Of a DNA stretch of 64,000 nucleotides, positions 1 to 14,730 are shown one piece after another. The notes beneath the pieces are model-generated. The model did no database searches. It was not told the DNA's origin and saw only the letters and a program-made list of their open reading frames with translations. The translations under genes were made by a program, and so were the position numbers. Source of the stretch: Eledone cirrhosa (lineage: Eukaryota); the NCBI GenBank assembly GCA_964016885.1, contig OZ024756.1, forward strand, positions 4,836,001 through 4,900,000, given 5' to 3'. Each line of letters starts with the position of its first letter. Position 1 is the first letter of the stretch.

Positions 1-2030
1 TCATCCATGACAACCTCCACCTCATGCGATACATCATAGAGAGGGTTGGGAATGAACCCGGCTTTGGTGGGGCTCTGATCAACTTGGATCAATCTAAGGC
101 GTTCGATAGGGTCGACCATGGTTACCTGGATGCGGTGCTAGCGGCGGCAGGCTTCGGACCCGTTTTCAGGGGCTGAATCACTGCTATGCACAGCAGCCGC
201 ATCTGCTCTAGGGTCAAGGTGAACGGCTACCTCTCGGAGCCGTTCAAAATCGCGCGGTCCATCCGACAAGGGTGCCCTCTCTCCTCCCTTCTGTATGTGT
301 TGACTCTCGAGCCACTACTGCGGAAGTTGGAGTTGTTGCAGGGCATCCCTTTGGAACCGGGATTGCGGAAAGCGGTGTCGGCCTACGCCGATGACGTGAC
401 AGTAATGGTGTCGACGGCCTCCGAAATCGAGGCGGTCAGCACCTTACTGGAGGAGTACGAAAAGTTCACAGGGGCTAAGCTGAACCGGGACAAGTCGATC
501 GGTTTGCAACTCGGCACGTGGAGGGGCAGACCGATGCCCTCCGATAGCGTCGTCGGACGCTGGACGGAGGGCCCGGTGAAGTTGCTCGAGGTCTGGTTCG
601 GACCGGACCTCCAGGTGGAGAAAAACTGGGCGGAGGTTACGAACAGGGTGTTTGCACTGACCCAGAAGTGGGCCAGTTGCAAACTATCCCTGAAAGGTCG
701 GGTGGAGGTGGCGAACACCTACATAGCATCCGTCACCTACTACCGCCTGACCGTAGTGCCCTGCCCAAGGGAAACCCTCACCAAGATGGAGCGCGCGATC
801 TTCCAATTCCTTTGGAAGAGGCGGGCTCCTATGGTGAGGAGATCCATCTGCTGTCAACACCCTTCGAAAGGAGGGCTGGGGATGCCGTGGCTAATGATGC
901 GTAAACACGCATTAAGGCTACGGCACCTCTACGTATTCCTCACCGGACAACCTGTGTGGGCCTCGTTTGTGAGACGAACCTTTCCCAGACTCGTCTCACT
1001 CACCGAGCTGCAATCCTGGGTCAAGCAAAGACCGAGAAAACTGGGCGCCTGGCACACTGAGTGTGCCCAGGCGCTCACCGCCCTCTGGCAGGCGGATCCG
1101 GTTATCAGTGGAGACTCCACCGCAACATTCTATAGAGGGCTGGTACGCAGCAGGTGCGACGACGCCCTCGGAGAAGCCCTAAACATGGAGGAGGACGAAC
1201 TGGCCAGCCTGTTCGGTAGGACATTCAGCCCGGGACCTATGGACAACTTCCAGAAGTCCCTGGCCTGGCAGTGCTACCGAGGGGCTTTACCCGTTCGAGA
1301 AAGGCTCTACAGAGACGGGCGCCCGGGTAGGGACCCCGCCAAAAAGATCTGTCCCAGATGCGTGTGCGACGAGGAAACCGTTGCACACGCATTAGTACAC
1401 TGCTCGGGCGTAGCCGATCTGTGGGGCTATGTCGAACAACTGCTGTCAAGGGTGGGACCGATCCGGTTGACCACCGAGTCTATTGTAATGATCAAGCCGC
1501 CTCCCCCCTTCAAAGATGAAGCAGAGGCGGTGTTTCTGTGCGTAATAGCCATGGCGAAAGAGGTTGTATGGTGGACGCGTCTGAAAGGACTGAGGTCGGG
1601 CACCTTTCTCTCTGGCCAACAACTGGTCCGTTTCTTCCGATATCATTTCGGAAGAAGGATCAGGATGGAGAGAGAGGTGCTGCACCCCAGCCGTTTCTAT
1701 GAAAGATGGGTGAAAGTGGCGAGAATGGCCCGTGTGAATGGGCCTTCACTCTACATCAGACTATAGGTGAGGAAGATGAAAGACCAAGGGAGCACCCCTT
1801 CTCTGTGCTCCTGAGGAGAAGGGTTGCACACTTTTTTTCGGGGGTGTGTGCGACCCCCCAAGGCGCCTCTTCTCTATTGAGGATTTTGTTAAAAATTTTA
1901 ATTTTTGTTATATCTTATTTTATTTTTATATTTTGTTATTGCCTCCTCCTTATTGAGGACGCCTTTTTGTGTAAACTCCCCCCTTTGTACTTGTCCCACT
2001 TTTGATGCCCTAGTGGCAAATAAAAGAAAC
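1..2030 (+). mobile_element. Tx1/L1-clade non-LTR retrotransposon, 3' portion (RT, C-terminal Cys/His motif, 3' UTR); runs off the window's left edge
   Basis: Frame from nt 3 reads IHDNLHLMR...LDQSKAFDRVDH, then IRQGCPLS, YADD, HPSKGGLG and a terminal CPRC...ETVAHALVHC motif. The 3' UTR ends in AATAAAAGAAAC directly abutting the 32-bp satellite. Confidence 0.92.
3..1766 (+). pseudogene. LINE ORF2 reverse transcriptase interrupted by one nonsense codon
   Basis: In-frame TGA at 174-176 in GFGPVFRG*I, where Trp is expected. The 186-1766 ORF is the same frame. Confidence 0.85.
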
Positions 2031-5000
2031 ATATCTTTATATAGTGTGTGGTACTGTGTTAAATATCTTTATATAGTGTGTGGTACTGTGTTAAATATCT
2101 TTATATAGTGTGTGGTACTGTGTTAAATATCTTTATATAGTGTGTGGTACTGTGGTAAATATCTTTATATAGTGTGTGGTACTGTGTTAAATATCTTTAT
2201 ATAGTGTGTGGTACTGAGTTAAATATCTTTATATAGTGTGTGGTACTGTGGTAAATATCTTTATATAGTGTGTGGTACTGAGTTAAATATCTGTATATAG
2301 TGTGTGGTACTGTGTTAAATATCTTTATATAGTGTGTGGTACTGTGTTAAATATCTTTATATAGTGTGTGGTACTGTGGCAAATATCTTTATATAGTGTG
2401 TGGTTCTGTGGTAAATATCTTTATATAGTTTGTGGTACTGAGTTAAATCTCTTTATATAGTGTGTGGTACTGTGGTAAATATCTTTATATAGTGTGTGGT
2501 ACTGAGTTAAATATCTTTATATAATGTGTGGTACTGTGGTAAATATCTTTATATAGTGTGTGGTACTGTGTTAAATATCTTTATATAGTGTGTGGTACTG
2601 TGGTAAATATCTTTATATAGTGTGTGGTACTGTGGTAAATATCTTTATATAGTGTGTGGTACTGTGTTAAATATCTTTATATAGTGTGTGGTACTGTGTT
2701 AAATAACTTTATATAGTGTGTGGTACTGAGTTAAATATCTTTATATAGTGTGTGTTACTGTGGCAAATATCTTTATATAGTGTGTGGTACTGTGGTAAAT
2801 ATCTTTATATAGTGTGTGGTACTGAGTTAAATATCTTTATATAGTGTGTGGTACTGAGTTAAATATCTTTATATAGTGTGTGGTACTGTGGAAAATATCT
2901 TTATATAGTGTGTGGTACTGTGGTAAATATCTTTATATAGTGTGTGGTACTGAGTTAAATATCTTTATATAGTGTGTTGTACTGTGGTAAATATCTTTAT
3001 ATAGTGTGTGGTACTGTGTTAAATATCTTTATATAGTGTGTGGCACTGTGTTAAATATCTTTATATAGTGTGTGGTACTGTGGTAAATATCTTTATATAG
3101 TGTGTGGTACTGAGTTAAATATCTTTATATAGTGTGTGGTACTGTGTTAAATATCTTTATATAGTGTGTGGTACTGAGTTAAATATCTTTATATAGTGTG
3201 TGGTACTGAGTTAAGTATCTTTATATAGTGTGTGGTACTGAGTTAAATATCTTTATATAGTGTGTGGTACCGTGGTAAATATCTTTATATAGTGTGTGGT
3301 ACTGAGTTAAATATCTTTATATAGTGTGTGGTACTGTGGTAAATATCTTTATATAGTGTGTGGTATTGAGTTAAATATCTTTATATAGTGTGTGGTACTG
3401 AGTTAAATATCTTTATATAGTGTGTGGTACTGTGGTAAATATCTTTATATAGTGTGTGGTACTGAGTTAAATATCTTTATATAGTGTGTGGTACTGTGTT
3501 AAATATCTTTATATAGTGTGTGGTACTGTGTTAAATATCTTTATATAGTGTGTGGTACTCAGTTAAATATAGTGTGTGGTACTGTGGCAAATATCTTTAT
3601 ATAGTGTGTGGTACTGTGTTAAATATCTTTATATAGTGTGTGGTACTGTGGTAAATATCTTTACATAGTGTGTGGTACTGTGGTAAATATCTTTAAATAG
3701 TGTGTGATACTGAGTTAAATATCTTTATATAGTGTGTGGTACTGTGGTAAATATCTTTATATAGTGTGTGGTACTGTGGTAAATATCTTTATATAGTGTG
3801 TGGTACTGAGTTAAATATCTTTATATAGTGTGTGGTACTGTGGTAAATATCTTTATATTGTGTGTGGTACTGTGGTAAATATCTTTATATAGTGTGTGGT
3901 ACTGAGTTAAATATCTTTATATAGTGTGTGGTACTGAGTTAAATATCTTTATATAGTGTGTGGTACTGTGTTAAATATCTTTATATAGTGTGTGGTACTG
4001 TGTTAAATATCTTTATATAGTGTGTGGTACTGTGTTAAATATCTTTATATTGTGTGTGGTACTGTGTTAATTATCTTTATATAATGTGTGGTACTGTGGT
4101 AAATATCTTTATATAGTGTGTGGTACTGAGTTAAATATCTTTATATAGTGTGTGGTACTGTGGTAAATATCTTTATATAGTGTGTGGTACTGAGTTAAAT
4201 ATCTTTATATAGTGTGTGGTACTGTGGTAAATATCTTTATATAGTGTGTGATACTGTGGTAAATATCTTTATATAGTGTGTGATACTGTGGTAAATATCT
4301 TTTTATAGTGTGTGGTACTGTGCTAAATATCTTTATATAGTGAGTGGTACTGTGTTAAATATCTTTATATAGTGTGTGGTACTGTGGTAAATATATGTAT
4401 ATAGTGTGTGGTACTGTGGCAAATATCTTTATATTGTGTGTGGTACTCAGTTAAGTATCTTTATATAGTGTGTGGTACTGTGGTAAATATCTTTATATAG
4501 TGTGTGGTACTGTGTTAAATATCTTTATATAGTGTGTGGTACTGTGGTAAATATCTTTATATAGTGTGTGGTACTGTGGTAAATATCTTTATATAGTTTT
4601 TGGTACTGTGGTAAATATCTTTATATAGTGTGTGGTACTGTGGTAAATATATTTATATAGTGTGTGGTACTGTGGTAAATATATTTTTATAGTGTGTGGT
4701 ACTGTGTTAAATATCTTTATATAGTGAGTGGTACTGTGTTAAATATCTTTATATAGTGTGTGGTACTGTGGTAAATATCTTTATATAGTGTGTGGTACTG
4801 TGGTAAATATCTTTATATAGTGTGTGGTACTGTGGTAAATATCTTTATATAGTGTGTGGTACTGTGTTAAATATCTTTATATAGTGTGTGGTACTGTGGT
4901 AAATATCTTTATATAGTGTGTGGTACTGTGGTAAATATCTTTATATAGTGTGTGGTACTGTGGTAAATATCTTTATATAGTGTGTGGTACTGTGGTAAAT

Positions 5001-5141
5001 ATCTTTATATAGTGTGTGGTACTGTGGTAAATATCTTTATATAGTGTGTGGTACTGAGTTAAATATCTTTATATAGTGTGTGGTACTGTGGTAAATATCT
5101 TTATATAGTGTGTGGTACTGTGGTAAATATCTTTATATAGT
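2031..5141. repeat. 32-bp minisatellite, ~97 copies
   Basis: Unit ATATCTTTATATAGTGTGTGGTACTG(T/A)G(T/G)TAA; successive starts at 2031 and 2063. Confidence 0.97.
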
Positions 5142-5405
5142 GGGTTAGTATGATAGGAGTGGAGAGAGAGTGTGTGGTTGTGAGAGAGTAGATCGAAATA
5201 GAGACATAGAGAGAGGGAGAGGAGACAGAGAATGAGAATGGAAGAGATGGAAGAGAGAGAGTGAGAGAGAGCTGGTGGTATTGCTGTGTATATGTATATG
5301 CGTGTGTGTCTATATATATATATGTGTGTGTGTGTGTCTATGACCAGTCTACATAGATCACAGACACGCATATATATATATACACACATCCACAAACATA
5401 CACAC

Positions 5406-5444
<39 letters not shown>

Positions 5445-5616
5445 CACACACATTTATATATATATACATAAACACACGTATATATATAGGCCGCCCAGTT
5501 TCATTTCACATTATATACTTGCTTGTGTATATTCTAATTATTTAAAAATTATTTTTAAGTGACATGATTTAAAAAAAAGTATTTTGAAGCGAACGTGACG
5601 CAGCGGGTCACAGGTA

Positions 5617-5655
<39 letters not shown>

Positions 5656-5855
5656 TTGTAGATAGCTGTTTTAGGTTATGTAACTGTTATAGAAACACGT
5701 GTCAATAAATTCCTTTCAACTAAACTGTATCCATTCAAATCTTTCTATTTTTCTCCGGATTACTTTTGGAACTACAACTGGAACCGTCGAGCAAACTCTA
5801 CGTGAGCTGATAATCTACTGTGTGTAATATTTATATTACAACACAACGGAAAAAA

Positions 5856-5896
<41 letters not shown>

Positions 5897-5900
<4 letters not shown>

Positions 5901-7929
5901 GTATAGGATTATCCTAGATGTAGTAATGGATAATTACTACACTGGATATGGTTGACGTACGGTGAGATGTTACTCTACCCAATAACACTCGGAAGTGCAA
6001 ATGTGAGAGTGAGTGCTAACTGCCCTCTAAACGGTAACTGCCTTTCTAAGAACATTGTCTACGCTTGCGAGGTTATAACTAATTCCTCTAAAAGAACGTA
6101 TATAGGATCTACTTCAAACACTTTTAAGACTAGGTTTAACTCTCATATCTCTAACTTCAAACATGTTAGGTTTAAGAATTCTACCTCTTTAGCGCATTAT
6201 ATCTGGGATCTTAAGGGAGCTTATATACCATATAGCCTTAACTGGAGTTTAGTAGCACGATCTAACCACCTTTCTGCACATAGTAAGTTTTGTAATCTCT
6301 GTATACTTGAGACACACTCTATTATTTTCTCTAGCGTACCCTTACTGAATAGAAAGTCTGAGATATTCTCTTCTTGCCCCCATGCCATTTCTAATTCTTA
6401 TTTTTATTATAAACCCAAATGTTCTAGTAGTACAAATTGTACCCATTAGCAGATATATTCCATTACTTAGTTTTTTGTTTGGGTTCTTTTGTTTGCCAAC
6501 ATTAATGTTATCATTGGTTTTTGATGACTCTTCATTCTAGCTCTCATAATCATTTGGCTACTGTACCATATCTATGTCTTCACTATTACACCTTGTTAGT
6601 ATACATAAGATTACACACTTTACGCCACTTACGTTATTCTATTATCTTTATTTTTTTATTTATTTTTTTTTATTGTTATTAACTTTAATTTTAATTTTAA
6701 TTTTATTTTTAATTCTATTTTTATTTCTAAGTCTATTCTGATTTATCTATCGACAACCCCCCCCCCCATGCGCACATAAACTTATTGTCAACCCCTCCAG
6801 ATTGAATATGACTATATTGAACCCCCCCCCCCTGTTTTATGCTCCGTTCTATTATTTATTATAGTATATCGAATATATTTTATGCCACTTCGCACCCTCC
6901 ATATATTTCGTCAATTCTGTCCCCATTAGCCTACCTTAATTCTACTTAAGTCAGTTTTTTAGATATCGTTGCGTATATGATAGTATAATTTTATTCCTTT
7001 TTGTAAACATTTGTAACGATACATTAAAGTTTATATACTTTAATGACTTAAACTACAGCTAATATTATACTACCTTATTGGACGGGTTCGATATTTTTAA
7101 TATTAATTTATCAAATAGGGTTTGGAGTCAATTAAAATGATTGCTTTCCTTAGTGTTTACCTAATTTATTAAATGCACGCGAGGCCTAAATGTGTATACA
7201 TTTGCTTTTGTTTTGTAATTTCCGGTTGATTGTATTTATTTGTTTTATTCTATATTCTATTTACTATTCACTGTCTGGCTTCGCTCACTCATCCACATAT
7301 GTCTGTCTACTAACCTTGTAATTATAAGTATTTATATATTTTATGCCAATTTTATAATATATTATATTATATTGTATGTAATATGTAACATTATGATATT
7401 TAAACTTTATATATCATGTAAGATGTCTGGATTTTTGTAATATTGAAATATGTAACATTATGATATTTAGACTTTACATATGTTAGATGTCTGTATATTT
7501 TTTTCTGTAACATCATATTTTTTTCTGTAACATCTTAATTTTTCCCTGTACCATTATAGTTTTTTTTTAGTATTATATAATTTATATTTCCTCATTTATT
7601 CTGTAACCCAGTATGAATCAATTTGTATATATTGTTTATGGTACATGTTAATACACTGTTAACATTATGTCATTGTATTTTATTGTGACATCTATATTGT
7701 TTCTGTAAATTAACCGGGGATTATCTATTTTATTATATTATATTGAATTATATAATTCTGTTGTTTATTATTTGTTATATGTGTTTCTTGTAATTATATC
7801 ATATTATTGCCTCATGTATATTGGGTAGATGTATTAGTATTATTTTCACTCTTACCATGCTTATTTTTAATATTCAAACTTCTAATAGGGCTTAATTTTT
7901 GTGTAGTCGAACATAGATGTGTGGGTTGT

Positions 7930-8019
<90 letters not shown>

Positions 8020-8445
8020 CATATATACATGTATATATTGTACCTTTCGATTTTTAATTTGGAATTTTAATGTTGGTAAAAGTATATTATTATTATAATG
8101 TATTATATTGTGTTATATATAATTCCTGCTCTATATAACCAAATTTGTTTAGATTTAGGTTGGTTGCTTTGGACTATATTTGTAATATGGTTCTTAATGT
8201 TATCTACATCCTTAGTTATTCTTATTATATATTTTTATTATTTTCATCTTTATTTTCATTTTTATTATCATATATTTTTGTAAGACATTAGTGTATGTAC
8301 ACTCCATATTCTTCAGAGTTTCTGGCTTGTATCTGCCGATATTACCTCTTGTTGTATTGATTGCCCTGATGAGTCCTTAATAGGACGAAACATTGTCGGC
8401 TAATAAAAACTTTTGATGTATTAAAAGATTCTTTGTTTTACTCTC

Positions 8446-8450
<5 letters not shown>
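5897..8450 (+). mobile_element. 5'-truncated Penelope-like element (GIY-YIG endonuclease end, long AT-rich 3' region, terminal HHR), flanked by (TA)n
   Basis: ORF 5952-6449 has CPLNGNCL..NIVY..YIGSTSNTFKTRFNSH..CNLCILE..LNRKSEIFSSCPH, typical of the PLE GIY-YIG domain. A hammerhead plus AATAAA lies at 8361-8408. Continuity of the intervening region is inferred. Confidence 0.8.
8361..8402 (+). ncRNA. Minimal type I hammerhead ribozyme
   Basis: GCC-CUGAUGA-GUCC(UUAAUA)GGAC-GAAA-C(AUU)G-UC-GGC: full core, GUC triplet, followed by AATAAA. Confidence 0.88.
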
Positions 8451-8533
<83 letters not shown>

Positions 8534-8594
8534 GTGGAACACTGGAAGGTAATATCCGTAGTGGTAGAGCATTCAGTCCATGGGACGAGTTAGG

Positions 8595-8739
8595 TAGAAG
8601 TGGTTACACAACAGTTAGTTCACCATACCGAGAACAATTGTTTCACCTTAGCGGATCCTCAGCTCGGTATTCCGAGATGAGGATCCGCTAAGGTGAAACA
8701 ATTGTTCTCGGTATGGTGAACTAACTGTTTTGCAACCAC

Positions 8740-8744
<5 letters not shown>
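8595..8744. repeat. Fold-back palindrome of a Penelope pLTR end
   Basis: ~72-bp near-perfect arms centred at ~8669, near (TA)n on both sides. Confidence 0.9.
8625..8670 (-). ncRNA. Minimal type I hammerhead ribozyme (the mirror copy on + has CUGA>AUGA)
   Basis: Minus strand: AUACCGAG-CUGAGGA-UCCGCUAAGGU-GAAA-CAAUUG-UU-CUCGGUAU; 8-bp stem I, palindromic stem III loop. Confidence 0.8.
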
Positions 8745-9925
<1,181 letters not shown>

Positions 9926-10350
9926 ATCTATACACATATGTAAATATATTTATTTCAAGTTTAAAAAAGACACAAGACCGAGATAAAATTACAGAAATTC
10001 TTATTAGTTTCACGCAATATATTTATGAGTGTATATTCGTATTTACGCAATCGTTATCATTTCTAGGCAGCTTATCTCTTCTAGGTAGGAATAATTAGTT
10101 ACCTGGGACGTAGTTCTCTCATATCTTTATATCTGGTTATAATGTTTTTTCATTAAATCTAATCTTTCTACAGCTAGTTTTAGCAGGTAATGTGGTCTTA
10201 TACATGTTTTAGGAGGTATTGAGGCCCTATAAATGTTTTCCATGTTAGTTTGTTGTAAAATTAATTGTATTTGTTGGTGGGTGCGATGATTCATTAAGGT
10301 CCCAGGTATTTTAATTGTATATTGTTGATTTTATCTGGTTCTATGCTTAA

Positions 10351-10675
10351 CTCTTTAACATTTAAACCGGCCATATTCGGCCAGAATTCTCTCACATTTT
10401 TATGGTGAAACTGGCCATAACCGGCCACTCATACCGACATTAAGGTATTGGTTTCAAAATAAATAATATCAAAATCTCATAGATTCGATATTATGTGAAA
10501 TAATTATGTGAGGTAAAACCTTTACCATGAACATACAATAGTAAATATAGAGTAATGTAAATGTTATGTGAGGTAAAGCCTTTACTGTGAGAATACAATA
10601 GTATATATAGAGTAATGTAAATGTTATGTGAGATATTATGTGAGGTAAAGCCTTTACTGTGAAAATACAATAGTA
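10351..10675 (+). mobile_element. piggyBac-type MITE, right end lost
   Basis: Begins TTAA|CTCTTTAACATTTAAACCGGCC; homologous to complete copies at 43361 and 49401. Confidence 0.7.
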
Positions 10676-10687
10676 TTCTAATTCTTA

Positions 10688-11125
<438 letters not shown>

Positions 11126-11164
11126 TATATATATACCATATCTATGTGTGTGTGTGTAAGGAAT

Positions 11165-11740
11165 AATTTTATTCATATGTAACCCATTTGCAACCACGCA
11201 GCACGACATTTTTTCATATATTTACATATTTTCCTCCGCTATGACCTGTCTGTTTCTTTCTTACTGCTTCACCTTTCTCTGTATCTCTCACTTCCTTTTT
11301 AGCCCCTCTACCAGTCACTCTCTCAGTTAGCCTCTTCTTCACACTTTCACTCACTCACTCTCTGCTACTCCCTCTCCCTCACTTCCTCCCGTTTGACCTG
11401 TGTGAAATCCTTTTCTCGCTCACATTTCACCCAGGTTTCAATGGTATTTATCTCTCGTCTACGATTTCACAGAACTTAAGTTCATCGATTTCAGGGACTT
11501 GACTCCTTCTTCCTCACTTTTCGTTGCATTACCATCTTTGTTTGTTTACATGTCTCGCTCGTTTCACCCTATTTTACGTGTCCCAACGCCGTTCTTTAGC
11601 CGTTGCTCGCACCAACCAGAGGTATATGATCTTTAAAGCGATGAAATACCAATGAAGGCTGGAAGATCAATGATGAAGGACTAATTTTATTCATATGTAA
11701 CCCATTTGCAACCACGCAGCACGCCATTTTTTCATATATA
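11165..11740. repeat. ~520-bp segment bounded by ~55-bp direct repeats
   Basis: ATTTTATTCATATGTAACCCATTTGCAACCACGCAGCACG occurs at ~11166 and ~11684. Confidence 0.7.
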
Positions 11741-11761
11741 TATATATATATATATTTCACT

Positions 11762-12990
11762 ATACCGAGAACAATTGTTTCGCCTTAGCGGATCCTCAGC
11801 TCGTAATGGACATGTTTATACGGAACAGGAAGGACAACCGTATGGACGCGCATGCGCAGAAACGGTCACTTCAACCAGGCAATACAAAATTGCGTGCGAG
11901 AGGTGTAAGGGGGATAACTGCGAAAGTCCGAAAGTTTCTCGTTGATAAGAAAATTAGGATGTTGTAATTCAATCCGGAACTTTGTAGTTATGTAAGAGGT
12001 GTTTCCAGACGTGTGGACAACGTGTGAAAAATTCATTTTCTTGAGTTTAGGCAATAGCTATTGCGTAATATCTTTAGAATATTAATCCGTTCATCAATAC
12101 ATAGTCCGCACGATGGATTGCCCCTTGCGTATGGCTTGGACTTAGTGATGGCTTTCGATTGAATGGAGTAGTCTATACTTGAGACCTTGATCGACCATAC
12201 TTAGCTCGCGACTTTCGTGAATGTTCGTTTGTCCGGGTACCTAAAAGTCGACTGATCGTTCAGGAACCGTTCCTTAAATTGGCCCACCGCCATACCCACA
12301 TAGGTTTTGACCTCCTGTGGTTCATTTGGTCGGTTGGAATTGACCACATCTTTATAAACTACAGCGGGTGTGTTGCATTGCTGTTGAAGGGGACAAGCTT
12401 CAGGCTTTCGGCAAGAGCACCCTGGTGGGGTGTTGCTCTTAGGGCTGTTGGTGATGTGGGCCTTCCTATTCTTAGCGCAGGAGTATCCTAGTTTTACTTT
12501 GTGTCTGTTAAAGATGGAGCGGTATTTGTGACCTATGGGAAAGTGTCTATCTAAGAGGGCTAGAAATGTTTTTCCTACATTGGTTTTAACGTTGAGTGAG
12601 AAGGGAGGAGAGAACCAGATAGTTTTTTTCTATTGTTACGCTTTCTTTTCTTATTGCTGTTGTTGTTAGTGGGAGAGTAAGTGATAGGTTGCGAGAAGCC
12701 GCTGTTAGCTAACGCCGCGTTATAGTAGGGTGCCGCTCTGTCAAAGATAGCCTTATTAGAGGAGAAGTTAGAGATTCTAGTACTGATATTATTTACGAAG
12801 TTTCTAAAAACAGTGGGAGGGTGGCATGAGTCCTTGTGAATATAATTGAGTTTTTCGTTAAGCTATGGAAGGGTCTGTAGGTGTGTGTGCGAAGGTCTAA
12901 GTTAATGTCTAAGAAATCTACGCTAGAGAGATTGGTAGCTATTGTTATCCTAAGTCCTAACTCATTGAAGGTTGAAGGTTTTAGAAACTT
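11762..12990 (-). mobile_element. Penelope-like element fragment (RT C-terminus/linker) with terminal HHR
   Basis: Minus strand encodes TNLSSVDFLDINLDL and IWFSPPFSLNVKTNVGKTFLALLDRHFPIGHKYRSIFNRHKVKLGYSC. The HHR at 11765-11804 is the same family as the one at 8625. Confidence 0.85.
11765..11804 (-). ncRNA. Minimal type I hammerhead ribozyme
   Basis: CGAG-CUGAGGA-UCCGCUAAGGC-GAAA-CAAUUG-UU-CUCG. Confidence 0.75.
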
Positions 12991-13049
12991 CGTAAATATC
13001 AGTACTAGAATCTCTAACCTCTCCTCTAATAAGGCTATCTTTGACAGAG

Positions 13050-14030
13050 CGGCACAAATTCTCTTTCTCCACAGCACCAAATCTAGACGACACGATAGCC
13101 CACACTAATAGGACAAAAATACGCAAACACATGGTAGCTCCACAACAAACCACTAGCACAACCCAGAACGAAACCACACATAAAACACAACACAACAACC
13201 CACATGCCACATCCACACAGAATACAAACAACCGACAACGTGCCATCAAACCTGTAACCCCCAACTGCAACTGCAAAAAGCGGGTAGAATGCTCACTAAA
13301 CGAGGAGTGCCTCGTTAAAAACATTATTTTCCGGTGCGATGTCACAGCTGGCAGAAAAGAGTATTCCTATATAGGTGTGACTACGTTTAAGGAGCGCTGG
13401 TATAACCACAAAAGCTCCTTTAAACACTGGCTCAAATGATCCCAAACTAGACTGGGCGACTTGATCTGGGACCTCAAAGACAAGAACATCGAATTCCAGA
13501 TCATATGATCAGTTAAAAGACGCTTGGCTCAACTCCCCAGCAACAGAAACCACTGCAGGTTATGCCTGGCCGAGGCGGCTGAGATCATTAAATTGAAATC
13601 TGCCATAAACTCTAGGTCTGACATAATTATAAATTGTAGACACACCAGGTTGAACAACTTCTCTGCACAAACATTCGGCCGGGGGCCACACACTAACCCT
13701 GACTCAACATAGTGATAACCACCTTTGCCTTGTCACACCGTCCCTCATCTCAGTGCATTTGTCTTATATAACATAACACTTTGTAAGTTCAGATTTTGTA
13801 AATATCATGCTGCATCCATCACCCCCCACCAAAAGACACATCTCCACACACCCCTCATCACAGTATCATTGTGTTCTATGTGTCCTCTCTGTCAGGTTTT
13901 ACCTTGTAAACCATCGTAACATCCGATCCTGTAAATATAATGTCAAACATATCACCCCATCGCCACCACCACCACCACCACCATACACATCGTAATACGT
14001 CCACCATCCCTCATTCACAACCTCATTCGA
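13050..14030 (+). mobile_element. Penelope-like element fragment, GIY-YIG endonuclease pseudogene
   Basis: KFSFSTAPNL..CNCKKRVECSLNEECLVKNIIF..YIGVTTFKERWYNHKSSF..CRLCLAE..INSRSDIIINCRH, with stop codons. Confidence 0.88.
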
Positions 14031-14228
14031 TCGACTTTCGTCAAATCGGACCGAGGAAACAATGTTTCCATGGGTCTTTCCAATTGCTATTACTATCTAT
14101 TGGTCGCAACTCCAGATAGAAGGAGTAACGTTAAATAAAGTGTCTTGCTCAAGGACATAACGCATCGCCCGGTCCAGGAATCGAACTCACAACCTCACGA
14201 TTGCGAATCCAATTCTCTAACCACTCAG
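14028..14228 (-). mobile_element. tRNA-derived CORE-type SINE (family also at 22143-22330 +, 25393-25605 -, 26735-26893 +, 36350-36500 +)
   Basis: A box (TGGTTAGAG), B box (GTTCGATTCC) and TGTCCTTGAGCAAGACACT core on the minus strand. Confidence 0.8.
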
Positions 14229-14449
14229 TACAAGTATTTGTTGATCAGATCAGACCTTTGTGCCCTATTTAGGTTTAAATACATTCAGTGAAGGTGATAA
14301 ATATTCAATAGTTTCTAATTCCAACACAGGACCAATAATTTGGGTTGGGGGAAAGTCGGTTATACCGACCTCAATATTTTACTGGTACTTTACTTTATCG
14401 ACCCCGGAAGGACGAAAGATAAAATTGACCTCAACCAGATTTCAACCCT

Positions 14450-14548
14450 CTCTCTGGCTCGCTTTTACTCTCTCTCCCTTATCTTTCTTTAACTCTCTCT
14501 CCCTTATCTCTCTTTAACTCTCTCCCCCTTATCTCTCTTTAATCTCTC

Positions 14549-14602
<54 letters not shown>

Positions 14603-14730
14603 TTATCTCTCTTTTACTCTCTCTCTCTCCCCTATCTCTCTTTAACTCTCTCCCCCTATCTCTCTCTTTTAATCTCTCTCTCCCTCTCTCTCCTTTATCT
14701 CTCTTTAATCCTCCCCCCTCTCTATTTCTT
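14450..14730. repeat. (CT)n-rich microsatellite
   Basis: Direct reading. Confidence 0.9.

Noticed and set aside
2031-5141. CRISPR-like array (32-bp periodicity)
   Set aside because: Head-to-tail repeats without unique spacers, no cas genes, eukaryotic context.
5690-5710. GAAACACGTGTC-AATAAA as a complete hammerhead
   Set aside because: Only the 3' half is present; no upstream CUGANGA or stem I partner was found.
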